A stretch of 64,000 nucleotides of DNA from Salpingoeca rosetta. Lineage: Eukaryota > Protista > Choanoflagellata. A program made the position numbers and the translations under genes. Shown here piece after piece: positions 32,019 through 55,376 of the stretch (within the stretch, counting starts at the first letter, position 1; every line of letters begins with the position of its first letter). The notes under the pieces are model-generated. The model saw only the letters and a program-made list of their open reading frames with translations, was not told the DNA's origin and searched no databases. Where the stretch lies: contig JAWQFM010000017.1 of assembly GCA_033442325.1 (NCBI GenBank), forward strand, positions 981,125 to 1,045,124. Direction: 5' to 3'.

Positions 32019-33027
32019 AAGTATGAGGGACGTTTTCTGTGCGTGTGTGCGTGCGTTTGGAGTTGCTTCCACACATACATCCACGCGTGTCAGGTACACG
32101 TGTGGGCTGCATTCATGACATGATGTGCAAGCTGGCTGCACATGCATGTGCTGCTTACATGAGGAAGGAACCCCCTCCCACCACCACCGCTCACAATTCA
32201 CAAATGCTGTTTGCGTGCTCATTCCCATAGGTTGTTTGAGACGGAGGATTACAAGACTGACCAGTTGACCGTTTTCCGGTCCTCGTGGGTGCGGCGTGCC
32301 GTCAATGCCGCCAGCAACGCGGACGCTTGCCAGCTACTGGACCAGTACGTCCTCACGCCGCCCCGATCCGATCACTCCACACCTCCTGAGGTACTGCGCG
32401 CATGCGTGCGCGTGTGTTTGTTTGTGCAGCGTGTATCCGTGTGCGTGTTTACATTTGTGTGCATGTGTGTGTATGTGTGTACATCTGTATGTCTGTGTGC
32501 ATCGCCTCCCCTCTTGTCTGTCTGTGTCTGTCTCTGTGCAGGTGTCGTCATGTACAACTGCGCGCGTATGCATCATCCATTGTTCGCTGGTTATTCACTG
32601 TGGGTGCGAATTTGTTTCCTTGTCCAACTTACGTGTATCCACCTGCACATGTTCTGTCTTGTTTTGCTTGCCTTGTCAGGTTGCGGCTGCTGCAAGGAGC
32701 AAAGCTGCGCGCGGCAAAACGCGCCAAACACAGCAAGCCCAGTCACAACAACAAACACAGCAACAAACACAGCAACAACCACAGCAACAGCAAGCACAGC
32801 AACAGCAAGCACAGCAACAGCAAGCACAGCAACAACAGCAGGGACAGGACTGGGCGGAGGCGCCGGCCACGTGGGCTGCGCTTGGACGGACGTGGAGCAC
32901 GCTGGACCACGATGTGAGCAGCTTTGAACACGTGCGACGCGTGCTCTCCGTCGATGCCAATACCATGATTGACGAGTTTACCCCTGGCAAGGCGCCCTGG
33001 CGCGTCGTCAAGGCTGGCCACGCATAG
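31596..33027 (+). CDS. TERB2: TERB2-like protein (telomere repeat-binding bouquet formation protein 2), about 218 aa, 4 exons plus a possible 24-nt micro-exon
   Basis: Exons 31596-31662, 31879-31960, 32231-32390 and 32680-33027 (GT-AG, phases consistent) give MLFSFHTAWFSTSCPEAIVELWKKHDGVLVPVDCADFVFSDDADHDDTAPLFETEDYKTDQLTVFRSSWVRRAVNA...LDQYVLTPP...IDEFTPGKAPWRV. This matches my recollection of the vertebrate TERB2 motif order (WF..S...W....G...ADFLFS.DA.HPDT...DY....TVF...L..PP; C-terminal DFIPG). Confidence 0.72.
31777..31788. promoter_or_regulatory. E2F site TTTGGCGCGAAA in TERB2-like intron 1
   Basis: Reverse complement is TTTCGCGCCAAA, the classic overlapping E2F site. A CHR-like TTTGAA lies at 31372-31377 in the Cdc25/TERB2 divergent promoter. 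Confidence 0.4.
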
Positions 33028-33510
33028 CACCACTTGTGTGTTTACATGTGCGTTCATGTGTGCGTTCATGTGTGTGCATGTGCGTTCATGTGTGTGTGTG
33101 TACGTGTGTGTACATGTGTATACGTGTGCGTACATGTGTGTGTGTGTGTGTTTTCGCAGGAGTGTAGCTGACTTCTTGCTGGCGACGGTTGCTTGCTTGC
33201 GTTGCTTTCTCCTTTTGTGCTTTGAATCTTTTAATACGTCGTTTAATTGTCAACTATATACACGCGAGCAACCACGCTTGCGCGGGAAGCAGCACGCACG
33301 CACAAGCCACCGACCGCAAGAGCCATCACAGCACGTACTGAAACAAGATCATGTCATCGTCGTGTTGCAACAAGAGCGAAAAAAATAATACCACTTTGCA
33401 TCCCATCCCATCCACACACGCCCACGTGGTGCCGCAGCAACATCACGTCAACATCAGTGATGTGATCCCACGCATGCTCTCGAGATCACACACACGCGCG
33501 CGTACATGTA

Positions 33511-34028
33511 TCACAAGTACGGTGCAGGGCGGAGAAAGTGCCACGTGCTCACCAACAGCGGAGGGCCACTGCAGGAGCGAGTTGTGCATGTGTGTGTGTG
33601 CGTGTGTGTGTGTGTGTGTGTGCGTGCGCGCGCGTGTGTGTGTGGGTTGCGAGCATCTGTGAGGGTGGATAAGCACATGTGAACACTTGTGCGTGTTTGT
33701 GTCAGCACATGCACGCACTGTGTGGATGTGTGGGAGTCTTTGCACAAAACTGTGCCAGCAAGCAACACAAGCACCATGGACATCGCATTCATACGTTCAT
33801 CACTCAACATTCGCGTTCAAAACGACTCACCACGAGAAGAGGATCACAAACAGCAGCGAAGGGTAAAACAGCTGTTCGGCGTAGAAAAACGCGAGGAAAA
33901 ACACGCCGCCGGCGTGCGTCACAATGGCTGCAAACAAGCAGGCACATGGAGGGCAGTGAACATGGGAGTGGAGGAGAAAGACAACGGCGTGTTTGTGTGT
34001 GTGCATGTGTGTGTGTTGTGTGTGTGTG

Positions 34029-34062
<34 letters not shown>

Positions 34063-34407
34063 AGTGTGTGAGTGTGTGTGTGTTCTGACTTCCACCGCAT
34101 GCAAGACAACACATATCACAACATCAAAGCAGATGCGCAGATCAACGGAAAAAAAAACAACCGGACAGGTGGACGACCGATGCACGCGCACCAACACAGA
34201 AGCAAACACACAACCACACACAACCAAACTTACTCACACACACATACAACCACAAACAAACTCACAAAACAAGCTGCAGCCCTGGGAGAACATGGAATAA
34301 CCAAAGAAGAAGAGAAGAAACTCTGCGAGGTTGCACAGAAGCAGCGTCCACACATAGCCGTCATATCTGTCGCATCACACGTGCCGCGTGAAAGCAGCAG
34401 CAGCAGC

Positions 34408-34438
<31 letters not shown>

Positions 34439-34440
34439 GC

Positions 34441-34532
<92 letters not shown>

Positions 34533-35218
34533 ATCACAGTAAGCTTAGCAAGATTAGCAGCAAGGGGTAACCCATGAGAGATTGGCAGCAAGATGAGCAC
34601 CTATGTCAGCGGCAAGACAACCAGGCATTGGATGGAGGGAAGCGGCAAGCATGCGTGGCTGACGTGCGATGGTGCAGAGGAGAGTCCAAGTCATCCAATG
34701 GCAGGTGTTTCAGCAAATGTTCCTCCTGAACCAAAACAAAACACACGCACACACATTCACACACAGTGGCAAGGAGAGTTGAGTGTCGGCAGGGTTGTGA
34801 AGGGTGTGTACAAGTGCGCATCAAGGAAAGCAAAGGCATTGGTGGGTACACAGACAAGGACGGTGGCAGGCACACAAGCAGGGCAGGCAGGCGTACAGGC
34901 ACACAGACGCAAATGTACATACATCAACACACACACATGTGCACGTAAGCACACAAACACACACTCTCTCACTCACTCTCGCACACACAAACACACACAC
35001 ACTTACACACTGACACAGATACACATACATATACACATCCAGCTGACCTTGCGCTGAGTAAGGGCAATGGCGATGATGCATTGACAGGCAATCAACGCAA
35101 AGCGAAACCGCAACAACACATCCACCCGCACGCGGTCACTCATTCCCGCACCACCACCACCACCACCAGCGCCAGCAACACCAGCAGCACGGTTGCTGTC
35201 CTGTGTCATGGCGGTCAT
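33511..35218 (-). CDS. TMEM107: TMEM107 ciliary transition-zone membrane protein, 5 exons
   Basis: Exons 35218-35048, 34725-34664, 34366-34266, 33927-33831 and 33568-33511 splice in frame: ...LLRFRFALIACQCIIAIALTQRKEEHLLKHLPL...WTLLLCNLAEFLLFFFGYSMFSQGCSLFSIVTHAGGVFFLAFFYAEQL...VILFSCGPPLLV. Four hydrophobic segments and E..xF..GxSMF....SL.SI..H motif as in TMEM107. Start may be 35218, 35209 or 35143. Confidence 0.78.
34394..34531. repeat. (CAG)n/(CAA)n microsatellite inside TMEM107 intron 2
   Basis: About 140-nt triplet run seen directly; non-coding in the spliced model. Confidence 0.9.
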
Positions 35219-35486
35219 CACCGTTGCGGCCTAGTCGAATATTCACTGGTGTCACAGTGAATTGTCCAAAATCGCACGCATTTTGCTGCTGTTTGTTGCC
35301 AACCGCACCAACAACTGCACCAACACCCTCGCACACCAACACCTTCTCATATCTACACCCTTCTTCTTCCAGCCTCATCAGCTCACAGCAGCAGCAGCAG
35401 CAGCAGCAGCGCACACACCCTCCTTGCTCGCCAGCTCCTTCTTGCCCTCTCCCTCCACCCCGCTCTCACGCACGCAGACGCATGTG

Positions 35487-38400
35487 ATGAGGTTGTTTCG
35501 AACGCGGATATCCCCGGGAGGGCAGGAAGAGCAGGAAGATGGGGCAGTGGCAGTGACAACACCGCGCATCGCTGGCGACGCAGACTGGGATGATGATGAG
35601 GATGGTGCCGGGAGCAATGGCGACGATGACGCCAGTACACAAGGGGGCCCACACATCCCTTTGAACAGCGGCACCATTGCGGGTGATGGCGACGGCCACG
35701 CCGACTCCATTCGCGCACTCGCCGTCAGCCGGTGGTGCGTGTTCACGGCCAGCGCAGACGGCACCATCAAGGCATGGAACCCAGAGACGCACCAGTGCGT
35801 CGGCACGCTTGTTGGGCACTCCGGTTGCGTGCGCGCCCTGGACGTGTCGGACGACGGCCGACGCCTCGTCTCAGGGTCCTTCGACAACACCGTCAAGATC
35901 TGGGGGCTCACGCCGTCCATCCTCTCCACCACCATGGCGCCCGTCACAGACCCCTGCGTCAGCGTCAGTGACGAAACCTTGGCCACCAGCAACAGCAACA
36001 GCAGCAACACCAACAACAACGATGCTCACCAGTCACAGGAACGCCGCTCCCAAGCACATTCACAGCAGCAGCAGCAGGAGCAGGGCTCAGCGACAGCTGG
36101 CCCCTCCTCGGCGACACCGGGCCCGCGACGACGAAAGCGACGGGGTCTCCCAACCCGGCTGCTGTCACGAGCGCGGCGAACGCGACAGACCGTCATCAGC
36201 GACCTCAAGGCAACCCTCACAGGCCACACGGGCAAGGTGTATGCTGTCACCATCTCCGAGGACGGCAACCATGTGGCCAGCGCAAGCAAGGACCGCACCA
36301 TCAAGCTGTGGAACATGAAGTACCACCACTGTGAAGCCACTTTGCAGGGCCACCGTGGCGGCGTGCGCTGCGTGCTGCTTCACGCCATCAAATCCACAGA
36401 CCACGACACCGACGAAAGTACCGAGCGTGGTGCCACTGGTATGCCCATGCACCCGGGCTTAAACGTGGCGGCGGCATCCACGGGCGCAACCCTTGATCCC
36501 ACAGCAGCGAAGCTGTTCTTCAACCAGTCCCTTGAGCAGAGCATGCTGCTGCGCAGTGGTGCTGGTGCCGGCACAAACAACACCAGCAACAGTGGATGTG
36601 ATGATGACGACGATGGCAATGGGAGCAGCAGCAGTGGCAGCAGTAGTGTTGACAGCGATGCGAGTGACGACGAAGAGGACACAGATGAGAATGACGACGA
36701 CGACGACTTGGAGGGTGCCGAGGCTGCTGGGGACGGTGAGCCTGGTATTGCAGAGGGTAATCACTTTATCTCCAGCAACAGCAACGTCAGCAACAGCAAC
36801 ACGACAAACAACGACACCAGCACAAGTAATCTGCTGCAGAATGCACAGCCGATGCCATCACGGCAGCATGAAGACGCAACTTCGACAAGGAACAAGAAGA
36901 AGAACAAGAACAAGAAGAAGAAGAAGAAGAAAAAGCGACGGAGGAGAAGTAGCAAGCTTGCACGCCACCACCGCAATACATCAGGCAACAATACAAGCGC
37001 AGCAACACCGACCACAGGAGCAGCAGCAGCAGCAACCGCGCGCGTGCAAGGTGGTGGGTTTTGCCTCCCTGGGGTGCTGATGGTGAGCGGCAGTGAGGAC
37101 TGCACCATCAAGCTGTGGGACCTCGGCAGCATGATGTGCGTGGGCACGCTCACAGGCCACAACAACTACATCAACACCGTGGCCATCACCCCACGCGGTG
37201 ACATCCTTGCCTCTGCCTCTGGCGACAAAACCATCCGCCTGTGGAGCGTGCCGGACCACCGCTGCCTCACCATCCTGACGGGACACACGGACTGGGTCAA
37301 CTCGCTTGCTATCACGCAGCAGGGGCGGTACCTCGTCTCGGGTGCGTGGAACGGCATCATCAAGATCTACATTCTCGAGACGCACGACTGCCTTGCCACC
37401 TTCCAGGCGCACGCGCGCAACGTGTCTGCGCTCAAGCTGGCGCCAGACGACTCGCACATTGTCTCTGCCAGCCGAGATCGCACCGCCAAGGTGTGGGACC
37501 TCAATCTTGACGAGCGCGTGTCTGTGTGGCACGGGCATGCCGCGTGTGCCAAGTGCGCCGTCGTCTCTGCGGACGGCACGCTCCTGTGCACGGGGGGTCA
37601 CGATGCGGTGATCAAGATCTGGGACACGGCCACTGGGGACTGCATTGCCACCATCGCTGCGCACAGCGACTACGTCAACGCGCTCGCCCTCACCCGCGGC
37701 GACATGCTGTTGGTCAGCGCGAGCGGTGACCGCACACTGCGCGTGTTCAACTTTGACACGCGTCGCTGCCTGCAGGTGCTCAAGGGGCACACGCACTTTG
37801 TTCGCGCGCTGGCCACGGCGCACAGCGGCCAGTGGGTTGTCTCCGGCAGCTGGGACCAGACGCTGCGCATGTGGGATCTGGACACGGGCAAGTGCCTTGC
37901 TGTTCTTGGCGGGCGTGAGGGCAAGGTGACCGCCGTCGCTGTCACACGCGACGACACCACCATCATCTCCGGCAGCAGCAACAACCACGTGCGGCTGTGG
38001 TCTGCGCAGAACCACGTGTGCCTTGCATCCCTCCCCGGTCACCACTCCCGCATCAACGCGCTCGCCGTCACCAACGACGGGCATGTCATATCCGGCAGTG
38101 GCGACTGCACGATACGCGTGTGGAATCTCACCACCCGCAAGTGCGCGGCTGTGTTACGCGGGCACACGGACTATGTCAACTGCCTGGTGCTGTCGCAGGA
38201 CGCTGACGGGCACACGCACCTCGTCTCGGGCTCCCACGATGGCTCGCTCATCATCTGGTCGCTCGAGACGCGCACGTGCGTGGCCGCGCTTGGCGGGCAC
38301 ACGGCGCCCGTCACCGCCGTTGTCGTCAGCAACGACGGGCGGTTTCTCTACTCCGGCAGCAAGGACATCTCTGTGCGCGTGTGGCCCGTGGCGTCGCTGC

Positions 38401-40932
38401 TTGCACCGCACAGCTTCTTTGGTCTGCCCCACTTCCCGACGTTTGCCATTGAGGGCACCATCCAGTATGACCGCTTTCACGCCGACGCCGCGCAGCGCAT
38501 GCGGGCGATTCGCACGGCCCTCCACCGCTTCCCGCTCACGCTCACCTTCCACATGCCCGACATGGCGCACACGCCGCTCGGGTGGGCGGCCGGCAGCAGC
38601 AGCCGCCTCGACATATTGCACGCGCTGTTCGCCACGCCAAACCTCCCGCTGTTTGACATTGGCGCGCGGCCGTCGCTGCTTCGCCAGGCAATCTTCGAGG
38701 CCAAGGACGAGGAGGTGGTGCGGGCTGTGACCACCAAGATTGTGCAGGCGGCGCGTGCGCAGGACGAAGGGGTGGAGCGACCGGAACTCCCGTCCGCTTG
38801 GCGCCTCTCCGTGAGCTCGCTGGACGAGTCGTTTACAGAGGACATCATCTCGTGCGTGGAGCAGTACCCGGGTGTCGCTGCCGACTTCCTGGACAATCTT
38901 GGCCTCGTTCGCGCCAACACGGACAGCGGGTTCTCGCAGCAGCACACGCGGCTGCCTGGTCCCGAGATGATTGTCGCCGGCCACCACCTGCCCCAGCAGC
39001 ACGACCTGTGGCACCGTCTCAAGCAGCGCGGTGTCATGCGCAAGCTGGAGAAGCCCTCCGCGCGCGCCGTTGTCACGGAGGCGCGGGTTGTGCCCGTGCC
39101 GTACGCTGGCGGCTTTCTTCCGGACGGCCGCAGCTTTCTCGATGCGCTCGTGGAGACGGGGCGAGCAGAGCTGTTCAACAACTACATTGCCCGTGCCATT
39201 GTCCGCTTCAAGTGGGAGTGTTACGGGCGTCGCACGTTCCAGCGCGGTGGGCTGTTCTATCTGCTGTCGCTGCTGCTGGTCACCACGTTTGCGTTCCTAA
39301 TTAACCTGGAGGGCAAGGCCGTGCACACGCTGCTGACGTCCAAGAGCGGGAGCGACGTTGCGTCTGTGGTGGTGCTGCTGTTCATGCTGGGTGTGTCCAC
39401 CGCCGAGCTCTCGCGCGAAGTGGAGCAGTGGAAAAGGCTTCCAGACCGCTTGCACGACTTTTGGAACTGGCTGGATGCGTGCAACATCATGTTGGTGTTT
39501 GTCGTTGGCATCACGTACATGAGCGGGTGGCAGCACACGCGCGCCCTGCTGGCCGTGTCCGTGTACTTGCGGTGGTTTGGATCCCTCTACTACATGCAGG
39601 CGTTCAAGGTTGGTGTGTGTGTGTGTGTGTGTGTGCGTGTGTGTGTGCACGTGTTTGTGTGTGTGTGTGTGTGCGTACGTGTGCGTGCGTGTGTGTGCGT
39701 GTGCGTGCGTGTGTGTGCGTGTTTGTGCGTGCGTGCGTGTGTGTGTGAATGTGAATGGGTGTGGATGATGATAGTTTGCCTCGCACAAGCGTATGGGGTG
39801 ATGATTGTGAGACACAAACGTTGACGTTGGGCGCATTGGTTTTATTGGTTGTCTGTGAACTCACATGGCACCTGCCCCACTTGCTTTGTATCCTTCTTCC
39901 CTTCTTGCTTTCATTCCTCCACCCCCCTCTCCCCAACAGCGAACCGGCCCGCTTGTCCGCATGGTGCTGGTCATCTGCTTTGACATGCGTTTCTTCCTCA
40001 TGCTGCTTGGCATCAGCATCATGGCTGCGTGGGTCGCCTTTCGCGTCCTGCTGATACAAGGCACCGCGGGTTACGATGAGGCGCTTGGCGACCCGGCCAA
40101 CGGTCTACTTGTCATGTTCAACATGCTGTTGCTGGTGGACTTTGACATTGCCACGCTTGGCGGCGAGTACGTCGTGCTTGTCCGCATCATCTTCCTCCTT
40201 TCCATGATCCTCGTGCCCGTTGTGCTGCTGAACCTGCTGATTGCGCTCATGTCGGACTCGTACGAGCGCATCCAGGACCGCGCAGACATTGAGTTCCAGC
40301 TGCTGCGCGCACGCATCTTGCGGGAGCAGGAGGCGTTCATGAGCGAGGCGAAGAAGAAAGACCCCCGCATCTTCCCCAAGTGGCTGCACGTGCTGGTGCC
40401 AAAGGGCGGCGGTGTTGGGCGCCCACCGGCAACGGAGCAGTGGCTCGGCGTCTTGCATGTGTTGCGATCGGGTATCGATGCGCTCTCGGCAAAGCTGGAC
40501 GGCGTGCAGCAGCAGATGAAGCAGAACGCAGCACAGAGATCAACAAGCATGAACTACCAGCCACAGCAGCAATCACAGCAGTCGCACAGCAGTGACAACT
40601 GTGATGGCGGTGGTGGCGGCGCTTGGGGTGGGCACGTGTCTGTGAGTGCTCCCGTGGACTTTTCGCATCGGGAGCGGACGTGGCTGGAACCATCGGCAAG
40701 AAGGGAAACAACAGACACCGCCATGGCCACGCTTGGCGTCGGGGACAGTAGCGGAAGACATGGTACTGCTGGCAGCAGTGATGATACGGGTGGTGGTGGC
40801 ACAAGAAGACAGCAGCAGCAGCAGCAGCAGGCGTTGGAAGATCGGATGGTGCGATTGGAGGCCAAATTAGATCGCCAGCATGAGCAGCTGCAGGCCATTC
40901 TCACGCAGCTCGCAGCCCGTCCACAGCAGTGA
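35487..40932 (+). CDS. TRP-family cation channel with a large N-terminal WD40 region, 2 exons
   Basis: More than 12 WD40 repeats (GH...SGS.D.TIKLWD), then pre-S1 [19 protein letters not shown]3 DFWNWLD, S4-S5 [14 protein letters not shown]|[10 protein letters not shown]6/TRP helix [32 protein letters not shown] and a C-terminal coiled coil. Intron 39609-39939. Confidence 0.9.
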
Positions 40933-41123
40933 TGGGTGTCGTTGTTGACTTGCTTGCTGTTTTCAGGTTGTTGTGAGGTGGGGGGGGGGCAGCGATGGAG
41001 CGTGGTGTGATTCAAATGAGGTTTCAGGCAATAACATAATCAACCATGTAAGTCTCAAGAGCAAGCAAGTCAAGAAGAAGCAAGCAACAAGCAAGCAAAG
41101 CAAGGCAAGGAAAGTCAACAACA

Positions 41124-41144
41124 TTGGCGCGCCAAATCTTCGAA
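41124..41144. promoter_or_regulatory. Palindromic E2F site TTGGCGCGCCAAA plus CHR-like TTCGAA just upstream of the HECT gene ATG
   Basis: Motifs at 41124-41136 and 41139-41144, 35 bp before ATG 41179. Function is inferred. Confidence 0.4.
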
Positions 41145-41178
41145 ATTCGCGCACAACCAAACAAAACCAACAGCAACG

Positions 41179-51944
<10,766 letters not shown>

Positions 51945-52346
51945 ACCAGATGTGCAGTCACACGCACAAACAGCCAGAGACGGTGGCAGGACCCCAGCTA
52001 CGCTCAGACACATACATATAAGCACATCGTTACTTGTGTTACACTGTGTCTTTGTTCATTTCATTCCCTTCTTATTTGAATCATTCTGCTCTTTAAATCT
52101 TTGATGACAATAAAGCGTCACACCCCAGTCACCATGTTCGTTCGTTCACACCTCATTGCACCTCTTTTCCTCACACCTCCCCAAGCTCCCTTCCACAAAC
52201 ACGCATGGAGTGTCAAAGACTGCATGCAAGCAAGCAAGAAGTCACAACTCCACAAAGCGACAGCTCATTCACGTCCAGCATGTGTACACCACCACCGCCA
52301 TCACCATCACCACCACCACCACCACTGTCATCGTAATGTCAAGGGC

Positions 52347-55300
52347 CTAGAGCGGGTATTGTGGGTCTGCGGCCTGGAAGATGAACGCTGCAGCGATGCC
52401 ACCGGCAAACATAAAGGGGACGGCAACGAATGACGCAAGATTGCCGAGGGTGAAGCCTGAAGAAAGACGCACACATGGCAAGAGCGAAGCGGTGGAAATG
52501 GAGGGTGAGGGAATGATGGTGCGTGTGTCAGTAAGCAAGTTGCTGGACAAGCGACACTCATGCAATTGTAAAGTGTGTGGGCGAACATATGCACACATGC
52601 ACTCAAACACAGGCACAGACACACATGCACACACCTGAGATGCCGTGTCCAGAGGTGCAGCCGCCAGCAAGACGGGAGCCAAACAGCATGAGGAAGCCGC
52701 CGATAAAGCCTGCGGCAGGATGGATGCCGTGCACATCACCAAGCACGCCCGAGCTGACGGCAGAGACGAGGGCACCAATGATGGCGGCGGCGAGGTAGAT
52801 GACTTGCCACCAGTTGCCCCAGCCAATGCGCATGCTGGCAAAGCGCGAAAAGTGCTTCTCCCTGTCGCAACATGAAGGGAAAGAATGGTGATTGGGGCGG
52901 GGGGGGGAGGAGAAGGTTGGTGAGTGAGGAAAGACGCAGGCGAGTTGCGAGTAACAGACAGACAGACAAGTAGGCGGGCAGGTAAGGCAGGCAAGTAGGC
53001 AGGCAAATAGGCTGATAGGCAGGCAAATAGGCTGATAGGCAGGCAAGTAAGCAGGCAGACACGCACACACATAGACACACACACACACACACGATGCCGC
53101 ACCTGTGCTCGTCTGGGAGGGCGTGTGTTGTGAGGGAGCAGACGGCGCCGTAAGCAGTGGACGACCCGAGTGTGTCGCGAATGACGTGGATGGCGGGACC
53201 CTGAAGAAGACCGACAATGATGCCGCTCGCCCACGGCGGCCAGCTCTTGCACGCAAACACGTAGCACCTGAACACGCGTGGTGACGGCGGGTGGGATGGG
53301 GTGAGGAAATGGACGGTGCATGTGTGTGTGCGTATGCATGTGTGTATGCATGTGTGTATGCATGTGTGTGTATGTTTGCTGCTTTGTTTGTTCGTATGTG
53401 TGTATGTGTGTGCGTGCAACACAGGCGACGCATCACCTGTCGTGACATCGTAGCCGTTCGCGCCCCTCACTCAACATCACGCGTGACCGCATGAGCATGA
53501 GCATGAGCATGAGCATGACTTACTTCTTCTCGTTGGGGAATCCTGTTTCGTCCTCCCATGGCTCCAGCACCTCGAGTACGATGATGACGGCGACAGACAT
53601 GGCGACCTGGCCCACAGCCAGCACCCAATATGGGATGGGGGACACCTCGTCCAGGTGGAACGCCTTGAACTTGGGGCCAATGTCAATCCACTTTGTCATG
53701 ACGGGCTCCAGAAATCCATACGCAAGCGCGCCTGCTCGTGGAAAGTGTGTGTGTGTGTGTGCGAGAGAAAGAGTGTGTATGCGTATCAGTATGTGTGTGT
53801 ATGCGTATCAGTATGTGTGTGTGTGAGTGTGTGAGGGTGTGTGCTGAAGGCAGATAAGCGTGCGAGACAGGGTAGCAGTCCGCTGTTGTTCACGCCACTT
53901 GAGCATGCTGCCACACGACGTCCAACGCAAATCCCAAGCATCACTCACCGGCAAAGGCGCCGATGAACGTGGCGTACGCGGTCGGGACACCAGCACCAAG
54001 CTGTGCAGCAACCATGCCTGGGCAAGCACCGCCAATGGCCATGCCGGCACCGCTGTTGACGATGGTGACAGTGGTTGCAGGGAGAGAGAGAACTTGTGGT
54101 GAGTGTTCGCGTGCTGAAAGTGGGGGTTGTGGTGGATGGCGGGATGGTAAAGATGATGGAAGAGGGAACAGAGGCTCAAGCAGGGAAGATAGTTGAACAA
54201 AACAAGGCGTCAAAACACATGCACGAACACAGAGAGAGAGAGAGAGACAGAGAGAGAGACAGACACAGAGAGAGAGAGACAGAGAGAGAGAGTGTGTGTG
54301 TGTATGTGTGTGTACTCACAGCATGAAACCGCCGAGGGCGACAGCAGTGATGATGCCACGCTGGTAGCAACCGTGGAACATGTCTCTGTAACAGCAAAGA
54401 AAGCAAGGGAAGCAGTCAGCGTAAGAGGAGAACATGAAAGGCAGGCGGGAGTCTTGTAAGGGTAGCCAACGTCAACGTCAGTGGTGGAGGGGCCACGCCG
54501 TTAGCTGAGATGGCTTGACAGTCTTACCGAATGTGGTCAAAGGTGCTCTTGTGGAACTTGTATGCGAGCAGAAGCATGGATGCGCTGGCGGCCATGGCAG
54601 CCAGGAACATCTTCAGCATCAGCCAGCGCTGCAGGTGGGAGCAGATGGGGAGAATGGAAACAGGGTGTCAGTGATGAGTTGAGGTGGGCAAAGGGGCACT
54701 CCAAGGTGAAAGTGCGGTTGATGCACACACACACACACACACACGCATGGCGGGGATGCCTCAGTTACCATCATCACCATGCTTGGAATGATGCTGCTCA
54801 CCTCAAAGAGGAACTGGCGACGAATGTTCACGGGCTCGAACACCCGTGACTTCTCAAACACATATCCAAAGCCAAAGCCCATCAAGATGGCGGTCAGGAC
54901 GCCTGATGTGGTGGTTTGTTTGAGGCGGTAGGACGCATGAGACAGGTGACAAAAGGTGAGAAGAGTGTGAACGTGGCAGCTGAGCGTGGCAGTTGGCGGC
55001 CGTCTCAAGGTGTATGTGTGTGTGTGTGTTGGCCGGGGGTAGGATGCACAAGCTCACAGCCACGTACAGCCTTGCACACACGCGCAGAGCTGAAGCCGAG
55101 AGACACTGAGGATGCAACACGCACGCACACACACACACGCACACTCACACACAACACACACACACAACACACACAACACACACCTTGCCAGATGGTTTTC
55201 TTTGACATGGTTGCGCGGCTTGTGCCTGGGACCTCCTCAACCTCGCCCTGTGCGCTCATGGTGGGCGGGGTGGTCGGGGCCAAGGCCTTTTCGGCCTCTG

Positions 55301-55376
55301 GGACAGTGTACGAGGCTTGGTGTGCGCTGCTCATGATGAGGGGTTTCCTTTCCGATGACGCAGAGGAAGAAGACAT
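52347..55376 (-). CDS. YeeE/YedE family (TsuA-like) sulfur-compound / thiosulfate transporter; multi-exon
   Basis: Spliced motifs GFGFGYVFEKSRVFEP...QFLF...MLKMFLAA; LGGFMLGAGMAIGGACPG; WPPWASGIIVGLLQ...LGSSTAY; FIGGFLMLFGSRLAGGCTSGHGISG. These form two Sulf_transp repeats with conserved Cys. Confidence 0.88.

Noticed and set aside
34072-34542. Poly-Asn ORF on the plus strand
   Set aside because: The repeat lies in TMEM107 intron 2 and the rest is antisense to TMEM107 exon 3 and intron 3.
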